DNA of 7,051 nucleotides from a virus (Duplodnaviria; Heunggongvirae; Uroviricota; Caudoviricetes): IMG/VR virus record IMGVR_UViG_2600254997_000007; one strand, 5' to 3'. Shown piece by piece: positions 1 to 7,051 of this stretch (position 1 is its first letter; each line of letters starts with the position of its first letter). The notes under the pieces were generated by a model. It saw only the letters and a program-made list of their open reading frames with translations, ran no database searches and was not told where the DNA came from. The position numbers and the translations under genes were made by a program.

Positions 1-350
1 AGACCCGGGATAACCTCGAGCGCATGGTGGTTATCAAGGCGTTTATCGCGGTGCGGGTGCTGGGCCTGCGGCAGGGCGGTATCAGTGAAGAAACACAAAA
101 TGACAGCTGTGAGAAAATACTGACGCCGACAGAGTGGAAACTGCTGTGGGTTAAGCTGGAAGGAAAACCGCTTCCGTCACAGATGCCGACACTGAAATGG
201 GCCTGTCTGAAACTGGCGAAACTGGGGCGATGGCATGACAGCAAACGCACCGGTCGCCCCGGTTGGGTAGTCATGTGGGATGGCTGGTTCAGACTTCAGG
301 ATATGGTTGAGGGTTACCTGGTGATGAAGTCTCTTGATCAGGAGATCTGA
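1..350 (+). CDS. Transposase, C-terminal fragment (DDE transposase of the IS4 family, IS50/Tn5-like); 5' end lies outside the window.
   Basis: The reading frame is open from position 3 (TRDNLERMVVIKAF...) to the TGA at 348-350. The translation parallels the Tn5 transposase C-terminus as I recall it (DNLERMV..., SKRTG...W..W.GW..L), ending ...KSLDQEI. Divergent from IS50 itself by my estimate, roughly half of residues identical. Confidence 0.8.
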   Translation, partial: TRDNLERMVVIKAFIAVRVLGLRQGGISEETQNDSCEKILTPTEWKLLWVKLEGKPLPSQMPTLKWACLKLAKLGRWHDSKRTGRPGWVVMWDGWFRLQDMVEGYLVMKSLDQEI

Positions 351-361
351 TCAAGAGACAG
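343..361. repeat. Terminal inverted repeat of the IS (19 bp), containing two GATC Dam sites.
   Basis: Reverse complement of 343-361 is CTGTCTCTTGATCAGATCT. GATC sites lie at 344-347 and 349-352, with a third at 336-339 just inside. Confidence 0.7.
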
Positions 362-841
362 CCACGCCAGAGAGGTGTCGCTGTGGCGACCGTCATCACT
401 TCCGGTCAGCACATCGTGCGTTTTCCCCTTGTTGTCAGTTACGCGAAGATAATCCCCGGAGAAAGTCGACACACGGCTGTAAGCCACACCCGCCATCGCA
501 TACGCGCTGAACCATTCATTCACGCGCACAGACGGCCCCGCCATCACGCTGAACCAGCGGTTACGCACGGAATCTTCATGCCAGCGGGTATCGCTGTAAC
601 GGGTAAGCTGGCGATTCTTGCCTCCTGCATAGCTGAATGACGTCACCAGCCCCAGCGTGTCCGTAAATTCATAACGGTATTTCACGTTAATCCCGTTAAG
701 ATTATCGCTACCGGGAGCGTTCGTCCGGGCATGAAGATACCCCGCGCTCAGTGTGGACTGATGTTCAGACGCCCATGCAGGCGCACCGGATACGGACAGA
801 CAGATGGCTGCGGACAAAATGGCTGCACAAACTTTACGCAT
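362..841 (-). pseudogene. lom: lom (Lom/Ail/PagC-family outer membrane protein), truncated by the IS insertion. 160 lom codons are retained; the ORF then reads 7 IS-derived codons (LSLDQIS) to a stop at 338-340.
   Basis: ORF 338..841 translates MRKVCAAILSAAICLSVSGAPAWASEHQSTLSAGYLHARTNAPGSDNLNGINVKYRYEFTD...SLAW, closely matching phage lambda Lom (206 aa) from memory, with a signal peptide. Homology stops at residue 160, exactly at the IS terminus. RBS GAGAGG lies upstream of the ATG at 839-841. Confidence 0.85.
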
Positions 842-865
842 AATTACCTCTCGCTTTTCTGCAAT

Positions 866-889
866 AAAAAAGGCACCATTTCTGGTGCC
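866..889 (-). terminator. Rho-independent terminator downstream of J (tJ-like), oriented for minus-strand transcripts.
   Basis: Perfect 7-bp stem GGCACCA (872-878) / TGGTGCC (883-889) with a 4-nt loop. On the minus strand it is followed by TTTTTT (plus-strand A run 866-871). It sits 22-45 nt after the J stop at 911-913. Confidence 0.6.
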
Positions 890-910
890 CTTATATGGGT
901 TATAACAATT

Positions 911-3900
911 TCAACGAATACTGATGCCGGAAGCGGCTTTTTTGGTCACAATCACCGTACAGTCGGTGATATTGCCTGCCCCCTGATTGCCTTTCTGGAA
1001 AATCTTAAACTCCAGAGTGACGCTTCCCCTGCCACTCGGCATATCAATAACCGCACTGTAGCTACCGGGAATGGCCCCTTTAGTTTCTCTGGATGCGATT
1101 AATACACCGTTTTTGCGAACTTCAAAACCATAACCCGTGTAACTTGTACCTCCCGGGTTATTACCACTTCCCGGATAGCTATACGCTATTCCGTTAAAGA
1201 TAATGGGCGGAATAATGATTTGACGGTCAAAGTTATGATCATCGCTGATGGTGACTGTAACCGTCCCGTTTGGTGTTTCCGTGTTACCCCACGTACCAGC
1301 CTGTTTCGGAAATGATTTGGATACAGCTTTAACGAAATCCCCTCTGACTTGGGTCGCCTCCAGCATGCCCCTAATCGTACAGTTTTCATTTACCGTGACA
1401 TTGTTGAGCGTCCCGGCGTTCGCATTCACACTGCCACTGATATCCGCATTTTTAGCAGTCAGCTTTCCGTCCGGTGTCAGGGAAAATGCCGGTGGATTGC
1501 CACCGCTGGTAATGGTGGGGGCCGTCAGGCGTTTCAGGAACACGTCATTCATGAATATCTGGTTGCCCTGCGCCACAAACATCGGCGTTTCATTCCCGTT
1601 TGCCGGGTCAATAAACGCGATACGGTTAGCGGCAACCAGAAACTGGCTCAGCTTGCCTTCCTCCGCGTCCTCCATGCTGAGGCCAATACCCGCGACATAA
1701 TGTTTGCCGTCTTTGGTCTGCTCAATTTTGACGCCCCACATGGCATTCCATTTATCGTTAGCGTCCTTCCACTCTTTCGAAAACTCCTCCAGTTTGCTGG
1801 CGTTATCTTCCGTCAGCTCAAAGTTTTCCAGCAGTTCCTTGCCGAGATGCGTTTTATTGATCAACCCTTTATAAAAATTCAGATAACCTTCCGCATCATC
1901 GCTCGCCCGACCGACGGCCTCCACAAATGCCGATTTACCAACGGTGTTCACGCTGCGGATATAAAAGTAATAATCATAACCCGGCTTAATATTGCTACTG
2001 GCGGCTATCCAGTACAGCGCCGTACCAAGATAACGCGCGCTGGTTTCAACCTGCCTGATATCGATAATCCGCTTTTCCGAGAACCAGAACTCAAACTGCA
2101 CCGTCGGGTCATATACAGCCAGTTTCGGGACCGCTGTTATCTGAAAATACCCTGGTATCAGTTCAATAGTGACAGGCGCTGCCGGTGCCGCAATCCGGAA
2201 CGATACCGATGCCGGATCGCCCTGCTGCCCCCACGCATTTACCGCCCGGACCGTCAGCCTGTAGTTCCCCAGCGCCAGTTGCGTGAAGCGGTATGTGGTT
2301 TCCGTCGTCCGGGCCGTGCTGACCAGCCGCTCACTGCCGTCATCCGCTGTCACGGTCAGACGGAGCAGGAAGCTCACGCCCTTCACCACCTTCGGCGTGT
2401 CCCATCGAGCCAGCACCTGATACTCCCCGCTGTCTGCAGTGACTTCGGCAGTCAGGTGCTGCACCGCTGGCGGCGTGACACCGTTCACCGTGCCACTCTG
2501 TTCGCCGTCAAAGTGCGCCCCGTTATCCACGATGGCCTCTTTCTCCGGCACATGCTGCACGGCGGTGATGGCATACGTGCCGTCGTCGTTCTCACGGATA
2601 CTCACGCAGCGGAACAGTCGCTGGCGCAGCGTCGGCAGCTTCAGCCCCCATACGCTGTATTCAGCAACACCGTCAGGAACACGGCTCACTTTTACCTTCA
2701 CGCCGTCGGTGACGGACTGAACCTCCACGCTGACCGGATTGCCACTTCCGTCAACCAGGCTTATCAGCGTGGTACCGGAGGATGGCAGCGTGATTTCACG
2801 GTCGAGCGTCAGCGTCCGGGTCTGGCTGTTCACCGCCAGCACACGACCACCGGTGCTGATACCGGCATAGTCATCATCGCAGATTTCAATGACATCGCCC
2901 GGTACATGGCGAAGCCCTTCGGCACCCACGCTGAAGTCCACGGTCTGCGTTTCCAGCAGTTCTGTTTTAATCAGCCACAGCCCGGCGCGGTGCGCCTGCC
3001 CCCGGCTGGTACAGCCAAAGGCATCCATCTTCGTGACGTTACGACCGTAACGGAGAATGGCCTGCGTATCTTCAACAAGCTCTGTCGCCGTCTCCCAGCC
3101 GTTATCCGGGTCAGTCCAGTTCACCTCAACGGCATTATGGCGGTCTTTCAGGGCGCTGAAGCTGTAGCGGAACGGCGCGCCATCATCCGGCATCACCACA
3201 TTACTGCGGTTATAGGTCCACACCTTATCCGATGGCCGGTCCTGCACGAACGTCAGCGTCTGCCCGTTCCATACCGGCATACAGCGCATCGCAGAGCAGA
3301 AATCACTGAGCACATCCCACGCCTTGCGCTGTGTGGTCAGGTACGCATTACAGGTGATGCGCGGCTCCGTGCCGCCAAAGCCGTCCGGCACTGACTGGTC
3401 GCAGTACTGGCCGATGACATACAGCGCCCATTTGTCCACATCCGCCGCACCAAGACGTTTCCCCATGCCGTAGCGCGGATGGGTCAGCATATCCCACAGA
3501 CACCAGGCCATGTTGTTGCTGTATGCTGGCTTAAACGTTCCGTCCCAGATACCGCTGTATTGCCGCGTCTGCGGGTTATAGTTCGACGGCACCTGCAGAA
3601 TACGCCCGCGCAGATGATAATTACGGCTCACCTGCTGGCTGCCGAACTGCTCCGAGTCCACCTGCACGCCGACCAGTGCCGTGTTCGGGTAGCACTGTTT
3701 CACATCGATGATTTCGGTGTATGACGACCAGAGCGTTTTGTTCTGCAGCTGGTCTGTGGTGCTGTCCGGCGTCATCCTGCGCATCCGGATATTAAACGGG
3801 CGCGGCGGCAGGTTACCCACCACCACCGAGGCCAGATACTGCGAGGTGGTTTTACCCTTAATGGTGATGTCTTTTTCCGTCACCCAGCCACCGTTACGCT

Positions 3901-4060
3901 GTATCTGAACCAGCAGGCGGACTTCCGACGGATTCCGGTCCCCCTTTGAGGTGGTTTCCACCAGTGCCTGCACACCGAAAGTAAAACGCAGACGATCAAT
4001 GTTTGCCGACGTGATGGTCCGGGTGATCGGCGTGTCGTATTTCACTTCCGTACCCAGCAC
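911..4060 (-). CDS. J: Tail tip / host-specificity protein J (central tail fibre), major C-terminal reading frame, 1049 codons. The frame stays open upstream to a TAG at 4088-4090; the true N-terminus is in ORF 4080..4325 in another frame.
   Basis: Translation ([63 protein letters not shown]...) is collinear with lambda gpJ from memory. Position directly downstream of I and upstream of lom matches the lambda map. The tool's start is a GTG at 4058-4060 and is probably not the biological start. Confidence 0.9.
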   Translation of the reverse strand: MLGTEVKYDTPITRTITSANIDRLRFTFGVQALVETTSKGDRNPSEVRLLVQIQRNGGWVTEKDITIKGKTTSQYLASVVVGNLPPRPFNIRMRRMTPDSTTDQLQNKTLWSSYTEIIDVKQCYPNTALVGVQVDSEQFGSQQVSRNYHLRGRILQVPSNYNPQTRQYSGIWDGTFKPAYSNNMAWCLWDMLTHPRYGMGKRLGAADVDKWALYVIGQYCDQSVPDGFGGTEPRITCNAYLTTQRKAWDVLSDFCSAMRCMPVWNGQTLTFVQDRPSDKVWTYNRSNVVMPDDGAPFRYSFSALKDRHNAVEVNWTDPDNGWETATELVEDTQAILRYGRNVTKMDAFGCTSRGQAHRAGLWLIKTELLETQTVDFSVGAEGLRHVPGDVIEICDDDYAGISTGGRVLAVNSQTRTLTLDREITLPSSGTTLISLVDGSGNPVSVEVQSVTDGVKVKVSRVPDGVAEYSVWGLKLPTLRQRLFRCVSIRENDDGTYAITAVQHVPEKEAIVDNGAHFDGEQSGTVNGVTPPAVQHLTAEVTADSGEYQVLARWDTPKVVKGVSFLLRLTVTADDGSERLVSTARTTETTYRFTQLALGNYRLTVRAVNAWGQQGDPASVSFRIAAPAAPVTIELIPGYFQITAVPKLAVYDPTVQFEFWFSEKRIIDIRQVETSARYLGTALYWIAASSNIKPGYDYYFYIRSVNTVGKSAFVEAVGRASDDAEGYLNFYKGLINKTHLGKELLENFELTEDNASKLEEFSKEWKDANDKWNAMWGVKIEQTKDGKHYVAGIGLSMEDAEEGKLSQFLVAANRIAFIDPANGNETPMFVAQGNQIFMNDVFLKRLTAPTITSGGNPPAFSLTPDGKLTAKNADISGSVNANAGTLNNVTVNENCTIRGMLEATQVRGDFVKAVSKSFPKQAGTWGNTETPNGTVTVTISDDHNFDRQIIIPPIIFNGIAYSYPGSGNNPGGTSYTGYGFEVRKNGVLIASRETKGAIPGSYSAVIDMPSGRGSVTLEFKIFQKGNQGAGNITDCTVIVTKKAASGISIR

Positions 4061-4079
4061 CGTCTCAGAGCCGGAGGAT

Positions 4080-4325
4080 TCAAATCCCTACCGGCGGAGT
4101 CTGCTCCTGCTCACCGGCCCGGAACACCACCGTGACACCGGAGATGATGGTATTACCCTCACTGTCCAGCACCGGCGTACTGTTCAGCAGCACGCTTTTT
4201 AATCCATCCACCGGACCGTCAATCGGCCCTTCGCTGATGGCATCAATCACACTCAGCAACTGCGTGGATTTGAGGTTGTCCTTCGCTTCGCGCGGGGTAT
4301 GCCCCTTACTGCTGCCTTTACCCAT
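4080..4325 (-). CDS. J: N-terminal 81-codon fragment of J, separated from the rest of J by a frameshift.
   Basis: Translation [54 protein letters not shown]...AGEQEQTPP matches the lambda gpJ N-terminus as I recall it, then hits TGA after ...PPVGI. RBS GGAG/GAGGA lies just upstream of the ATG at 4323-4325. Confidence 0.8.
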   Translation of the reverse strand: MGKGSSKGHTPREAKDNLKSTQLLSVIDAISEGPIDGPVDGLKSVLLNSTPVLDSEGNTIISGVTVVFRAGEQEQTPPVGI

Positions 4326-4347
4326 TCCTCACGCTCCATAAACGACA

Positions 4348-4367
4348 AAACCGCCCGCAGGCGGTTT
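4348..4367 (-). promoter_or_regulatory. Intergenic stem-loop between I and J; possible partial terminator or attenuator, or an mRNA structural element.
   Basis: Perfect 8-bp stem AAACCGCC (4348-4355) / GGCGGTTT (4360-4367) with a 4-nt loop. On the minus strand it is followed by TGTCGTTTAT and then the J RBS. Confidence 0.35.
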
Positions 4368-4385
4368 CACATAAAACATTTTGCA

Positions 4386-5027
4386 TCAGCGACCAATCAC
4401 CACAACCTGACCACCATCCCCTTCGTCTGCCGTGCTGATCTCCTGAGAAACCACACGTGACCCCACGCGCATTTCACCGTACAGAACAGGCAGAATATTG
4501 CCCTGGGCAACCATGTTATCCAGTGAGGAGAAATAGGTGTTCTGTTTGCCGTTATCCGTTGTCTGCGTTCGGGGGGTTTGGGGTTTAGGAGCCAGCATCT
4601 GTGCAACACCACCAAGCGTCATCGCTGCCCCCATAGAAAAGAGAATGTCACTGAAAGCGATACTGATTCCCGGCATCCAGATTGCCGTAGCAATCAGCGC
4701 CGCACCCAGCACTGCCTGAAAAACACCGCCACTTTTGGCACCCGCCAGACGCGGCACAATGTGGATCACGGCACCATTTGCCAGCGGCTCATTAAGACGG
4801 GCAGATAATTCGGTTTCGCCTGCATCACGCCCGGCAATGCGCACCTGATACCAGCCCTCATTCAGTTTCTGACGAAACGCCGGGATCTGTGTGGCCAGCG
4901 CACGGATAGCTTCGGCCCCCGTTTTTACACGAAGGTCGATGCGGCGACCAAATCGTTGTAAATCCCCGTAAAGGCAGATGCGTGCCATGCCCGGTGACGC
5001 CAGAGGGAGTGTGTGCGTCGCTGCCAT
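4386..5027 (-). CDS. I: Tail tip assembly protein I (N-terminal ubiquitin-like beta-grasp domain), 213 aa.
   Basis: MAATHTLPLASPGMARICLYGDLQRFGRRIDLRVKTGAEAIRALATQ... and the C-terminus ...NGKQNTYFSSLDNMVAQGN.LPVLYGEMRVGSRVVSQEISTADEGDGGQVVVIGR match lambda gpI from memory. Sits between K and J. Overlaps the 3' end of K by 103 bp in another frame, which I believe is also the lambda arrangement. Confidence 0.9.
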   Translation of the reverse strand: MAATHTLPLASPGMARICLYGDLQRFGRRIDLRVKTGAEAIRALATQIPAFRQKLNEGWYQVRIAGRDAGETELSARLNEPLANGAVIHIVPRLAGAKSGGVFQAVLGAALIATAIWMPGISIAFSDILFSMGAAMTLGGVAQMLAPKPQTPRTQTTDNGKQNTYFSSLDNMVAQGNILPVLYGEMRVGSRVVSQEISTADEGDGGQVVVIGR

Positions 5028-5668
5028 TTGTCGGTGTACCTCTCTCGTTTACTCAGTTGTTCAGGAATATGGTGCAGCAGCTCGCCGTCGCCGCAGTAAA
5101 TTGCGGCGTGATTCGGCACCGATGAACCAAAACAGCACAGCAGCACATCGCCCGGCTGCGCCGCTGACAACGGCACCTGATACAGCCCTGTGGCCTCCAG
5201 ATTATCCAGATAGAGATTCTGACCGTTACGCCACCAGTCATCCTCACGATGAAAATCCGGCATCTCAATCCCCGCCAGATGGTAAGCGTCCCGGAACAGC
5301 GTGTAACAGTCCGTCACCCCGTGCTCAAAGCGCCGCCCGGTAAGATGCGGCACACAGCGGAACTTGTGAATCGCCCCCCGGCAGACCAGCCACCACGGCA
5401 AATCACTCTGCACCTGCAACCGCCGGTCAGCCTCACTCAGCCAGGGCAGACCACCGGGGTGGCTGTGGACCAGCGCCACAATCTCACCCTGCATCTCTGC
5501 CTGCAGCCAGTCCTCCGGAGCCATCCGGAAATAATCCTCCGGCTCACCGGAAATATTCACGCAGGGAAAATATCTTTCCCCCTCCGGCGTTCTCACCACG
5601 AAGCCGCACGACTCCGCTGGCGCACATCGCCGGGCGTGCGCCAGAATCGCTGATTCTGTCTCTGTCAT
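4925..5668 (-). CDS. K: Tail tip assembly protein K, 247 aa, with an N-terminal JAMM/MPN+ domain and a C-terminal NlpC/P60-like domain.
   Basis: JAMM motif HSHPGGLPWLSEAD (HxHx7Sx2D, residues 68-81, nt about 5426-5467). Downstream Cys (DCYTLF) and His residues are consistent with NlpC/P60. The ATG at 5666-5668 lies 5 bp after the L stop. Recalled lambda K is annotated from an internal Met corresponding to M49 here. Confidence 0.88.
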   Translation of the reverse strand: MTETESAILAHARRCAPAESCGFVVRTPEGERYFPCVNISGEPEDYFRMAPEDWLQAEMQGEIVALVHSHPGGLPWLSEADRRLQVQSDLPWWLVCRGAIHKFRCVPHLTGRRFEHGVTDCYTLFRDAYHLAGIEMPDFHREDDWWRNGQNLYLDNLEATGLYQVPLSAAQPGDVLLCCFGSSVPNHAAIYCGDGELLHHIPEQLSKRERYTDKWQRRTHSLWRHRAWHASAFTGIYNDLVAASTFV

Positions 5669-5673
5669 GGGAT

Positions 5674-6372
5674 TTACTGCGAAAGTTTGTTAATGGAAAG
5701 GAAGCCGCCAAAGTTGCCGACGTTATTGCGAAACTTACAACCGCTCAGGCATTTGCTGCATTTATCCTTCGTGATATCGGACGTCGGCTGGTCATATTCA
5801 TCCGCGACAGCCGGACCGTGATAACCACACTCACCACCGCGATAGGTCCAGGTGCAGGTGTTGGCCAGCATGATACGCCCCGGAAAAACAGCACCATCCG
5901 TTTCCGTCGGCGTGGACAACACAAAGGAGGCACTGACCGCACTCAGTTCGCTGCACTGCTCGATGCGCCAGCGGCTGATCACCTCCTGCTCCGGATCGGC
6001 GTCGCTGTTTCCGTTGACGAAGTTCACCGCATCCAGAAAACGGGCGTAAACCTTACGCCTGACCACCGTTCCGCCGACCAGACTCTGCAGGTCTTCCGCC
6101 ATCCCCGTGACCATGCCGTGCAGGTTAGAAACCGTCAGTGTCGGACGGGCAGCACTGCCCTTGCCGTTCAGTTCAAATCCTGTCCCCTGAATGGGGTATG
6201 CCTGATACTGCCGCCCCTGCCAGGTAACCGGCTCACCTTTTTCGTTCTGCTCATTACAGAAAAAATAACGTTCACCACCGACCTCTGTCAGATCGATTTC
6301 CCAGAGCACCACCTGGGCTGACTGAGTGAGGCGTGTCGTCTCATGATGTGTTTCCTGTGGAATATCCTGCAT
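5674..6372 (-). CDS. L: Minor tail protein L, 232 aa (tail tip; iron-sulfur cluster protein in lambda).
   Basis: MQDIPQETHHETTRLTQSAQVVLWEIDLTEVGGERYFFCNEQNEKGEPVTWQGRQYQ... is near-identical to lambda gpL from memory. Cys-rich C-terminus (C..C....KCSKCLSGCKF). Strong RBS AGGAGG 6 nt upstream of the ATG. Confidence 0.92.
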   Translation of the reverse strand: MQDIPQETHHETTRLTQSAQVVLWEIDLTEVGGERYFFCNEQNEKGEPVTWQGRQYQAYPIQGTGFELNGKGSAARPTLTVSNLHGMVTGMAEDLQSLVGGTVVRRKVYARFLDAVNFVNGNSDADPEQEVISRWRIEQCSELSAVSASFVLSTPTETDGAVFPGRIMLANTCTWTYRGGECGYHGPAVADEYDQPTSDITKDKCSKCLSGCKFRNNVGNFGGFLSINKLSQ

Positions 6373-6381
6373 CAGAGCCTC

Positions 6382-6711
6382 CTATGCCACGACCTGTTCA
6401 AAATCTGCCGTTATGGTTACCCACAGCGCCCCCACGCTTGCCGACCATTTACGACAAACCACCCTAATCGGTTTCCAGTCATAAGGTGGCGTCCACTGAA
6501 ATGCGCGGACGCCACCGTGCCGTTCCAGAAAGGCTTTTAAAGATGGGTGTTCACATTTACGAACACGTATCGTCACGCTGTAAGTCGACAACTGGTTATT
6601 CAGTCCCGCCGCACGACGCTGTTCATAACCATCGCCCAGCTTCACTGTCACCACTTTCGGCTCTGATACCACATTCATATCCGGGCGCACTTTCCAGTGA
6701 AACGTCTCCAT
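6382..6711 (-). CDS. M: Minor tail protein M, 109 aa.
   Basis: Size, position between H and L, and sequence (METFHWKVRPDMNVVSEPKVVTVKLGDGYEQR...TITADFEQVVA) match lambda gpM. The start overlaps the H stop as TAATG. Confidence 0.9.
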   Translation of the reverse strand: METFHWKVRPDMNVVSEPKVVTVKLGDGYEQRRAAGLNNQLSTYSVTIRVRKCEHPSLKAFLERHGGVRAFQWTPPYDWKPIRVVCRKWSASVGALWVTITADFEQVVA

Positions 6712-7051
6712 TACCGATATGCTCCACTTAACCGACCACCATCACGGGCCTGCTGTTGCATAAAGTCCGCTGCCGCTTTTTTCCCGAGGTCATAAACCGC
6801 CTTCAGGGCAGCCGGACCTATCTGCCCGTTCGTGCCATCGTTATTGATCTCGATGTTGTACTGCGGGGAAAACATCGCCATACCTGAACCCCCAATATCC
6901 GCCACAACCCCCAGCTTACCGTCAGCACCACGACGCAATGGCAGAATGGCTTCAGGTCCCGCTTCCCCCATCACACCTGCACCTTTTGCAAAAGCAAAAA
7001 ACGTCGGACGGTTAACCACCGTGTCACTGTAGCGACTCAAATCAGCAGACT
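6711..7051 (-). CDS. H: Tail tape measure protein H, C-terminal end only; the reading frame is open to the window edge and the gene continues beyond 7051.
   Basis: The frame is open from 7051 down to the TAA at 6711-6713. Its position immediately upstream of M, with a 1-nt stop/start overlap, matches the lambda H-M junction. The C-terminal sequence ...GKKAAADFMQQQARDGGRLSGAYR is consistent with gpH. Confidence 0.8.
   Translation of the reverse strand, partial: SADLSRYSDTVVNRPTFFAFAKGAGVMGEAGPEAILPLRRGADGKLGVVADIGGSGMAMFSPQYNIEINNDGTNGQIGPAALKAVYDLGKKAAADFMQQQARDGGRLSGAYR

Larger units (their letters stand above)
1..361 (+). mobile_element. Right end of an IS4-family (IS50-like) insertion sequence, partial; the element continues upstream of the window. 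Terminus placed at 361.
   Basis: Transposase C-terminal coding sequence runs to a stop at 348-350 and overlaps a terminal repeat. Minus-strand 361..343 reads CTGTCTCTTGATCAGATCT, which matches the IS50 inside-end 19-mer as I recall it. The lom homology breaks exactly at 361/362. Confidence 0.8.

Noticed and set aside
1-361. Calling the element IS50/Tn5 itself
   Set aside because: The terminal 19 bp matches the IS50 inside end from memory, but the transposase C-terminus differs substantially from Tn5 transposase (ending ...KSLDQEI rather than the Tn5 ending as I recall it). It is safer to call it an IS50-like member of the IS4 family until checked against ISfinder.
1349-3394. 681-aa plus-strand ORF lying entirely antisense to J
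   Set aside because: It sits opposite a GC-rich, strongly conserved coding gene. Its translation is Arg/His/Pro-rich and low in complexity, with no RBS context or recognisable motifs. Long antisense ORFs are expected by chance in high-GC coding DNA.
4058-4092. Programmed ribosomal frameshift in J, by analogy to lambda G/GT
   Set aside because: The N-terminal frame ends within 3 codons of the shift site, with no slippery heptamer of the X-XXY-YYZ type, and lambda J is not known to use recoding. A simple indel is the simpler explanation.
383-6731. Other short ORFs in the track (383..640+, 731..1102+, 1186..1389-, 1248..1700+, 2439..2720+, 3479..3724+, 3708..3908+, 3951..4202+, 4132..4341+, 4397..4615-, 4537..4719+, 4578..4808+, 4978..5343+, 5053..5268-, 5249..5653+, 5745..5942-, 5818..6321+, 5852..6049+, 6343..6540+, 6486..6731+, 6832..7032+)
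   Set aside because: All are embedded in, or antisense to, well-supported tail genes or lom, and none has a convincing RBS or family signature. I treat them as frame artefacts.
1-7051. Novel defence, toxin-antitoxin or other undescribed system, CRISPR array, or tRNA/ncRNA genes
   Set aside because: No direct-repeat/spacer arrays and no tRNA-like sequences are visible. All substantial coding capacity is accounted for by the lambda-like H-M-L-K-I-J-lom module and the IS end, and the gaps are too short (5-69 bp) to hold an additional gene.

Overview
This window is the distal tail / tail-tip module of a lambda-like (lambdoid) enterobacterial prophage, all on the minus strand in the canonical lambda order: H (tape measure, 3' end only), M, L, K, I, J, lom. 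The left 361 bp is the right end of an IS4-family, IS50-like insertion sequence on the plus strand, inserted into lom and truncating it after codon 160. J is split across two reading frames by an apparent 1-bp insertion near 4088-4090. The 3' third of J (about 911-2000) is lower in GC than the rest of the gene, consistent with an exchanged receptor-binding module. A strong intrinsic terminator sits between J and lom, and a weaker terminator-like hairpin sits between I and J. Two independent lesions (IS-disrupted lom, frameshifted J) suggest a decaying or cryptic prophage if the frameshift is real. I find no CRISPR array, RNA gene or unexplained cargo, and no sequence-based evidence for a novel system: every long ORF is accounted for by the tail module or the IS, and the remaining ORFs in the track are antisense artefacts. 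Protein-family calls rest on my recall of lambda protein sequences and conserved motifs, not on a database search.
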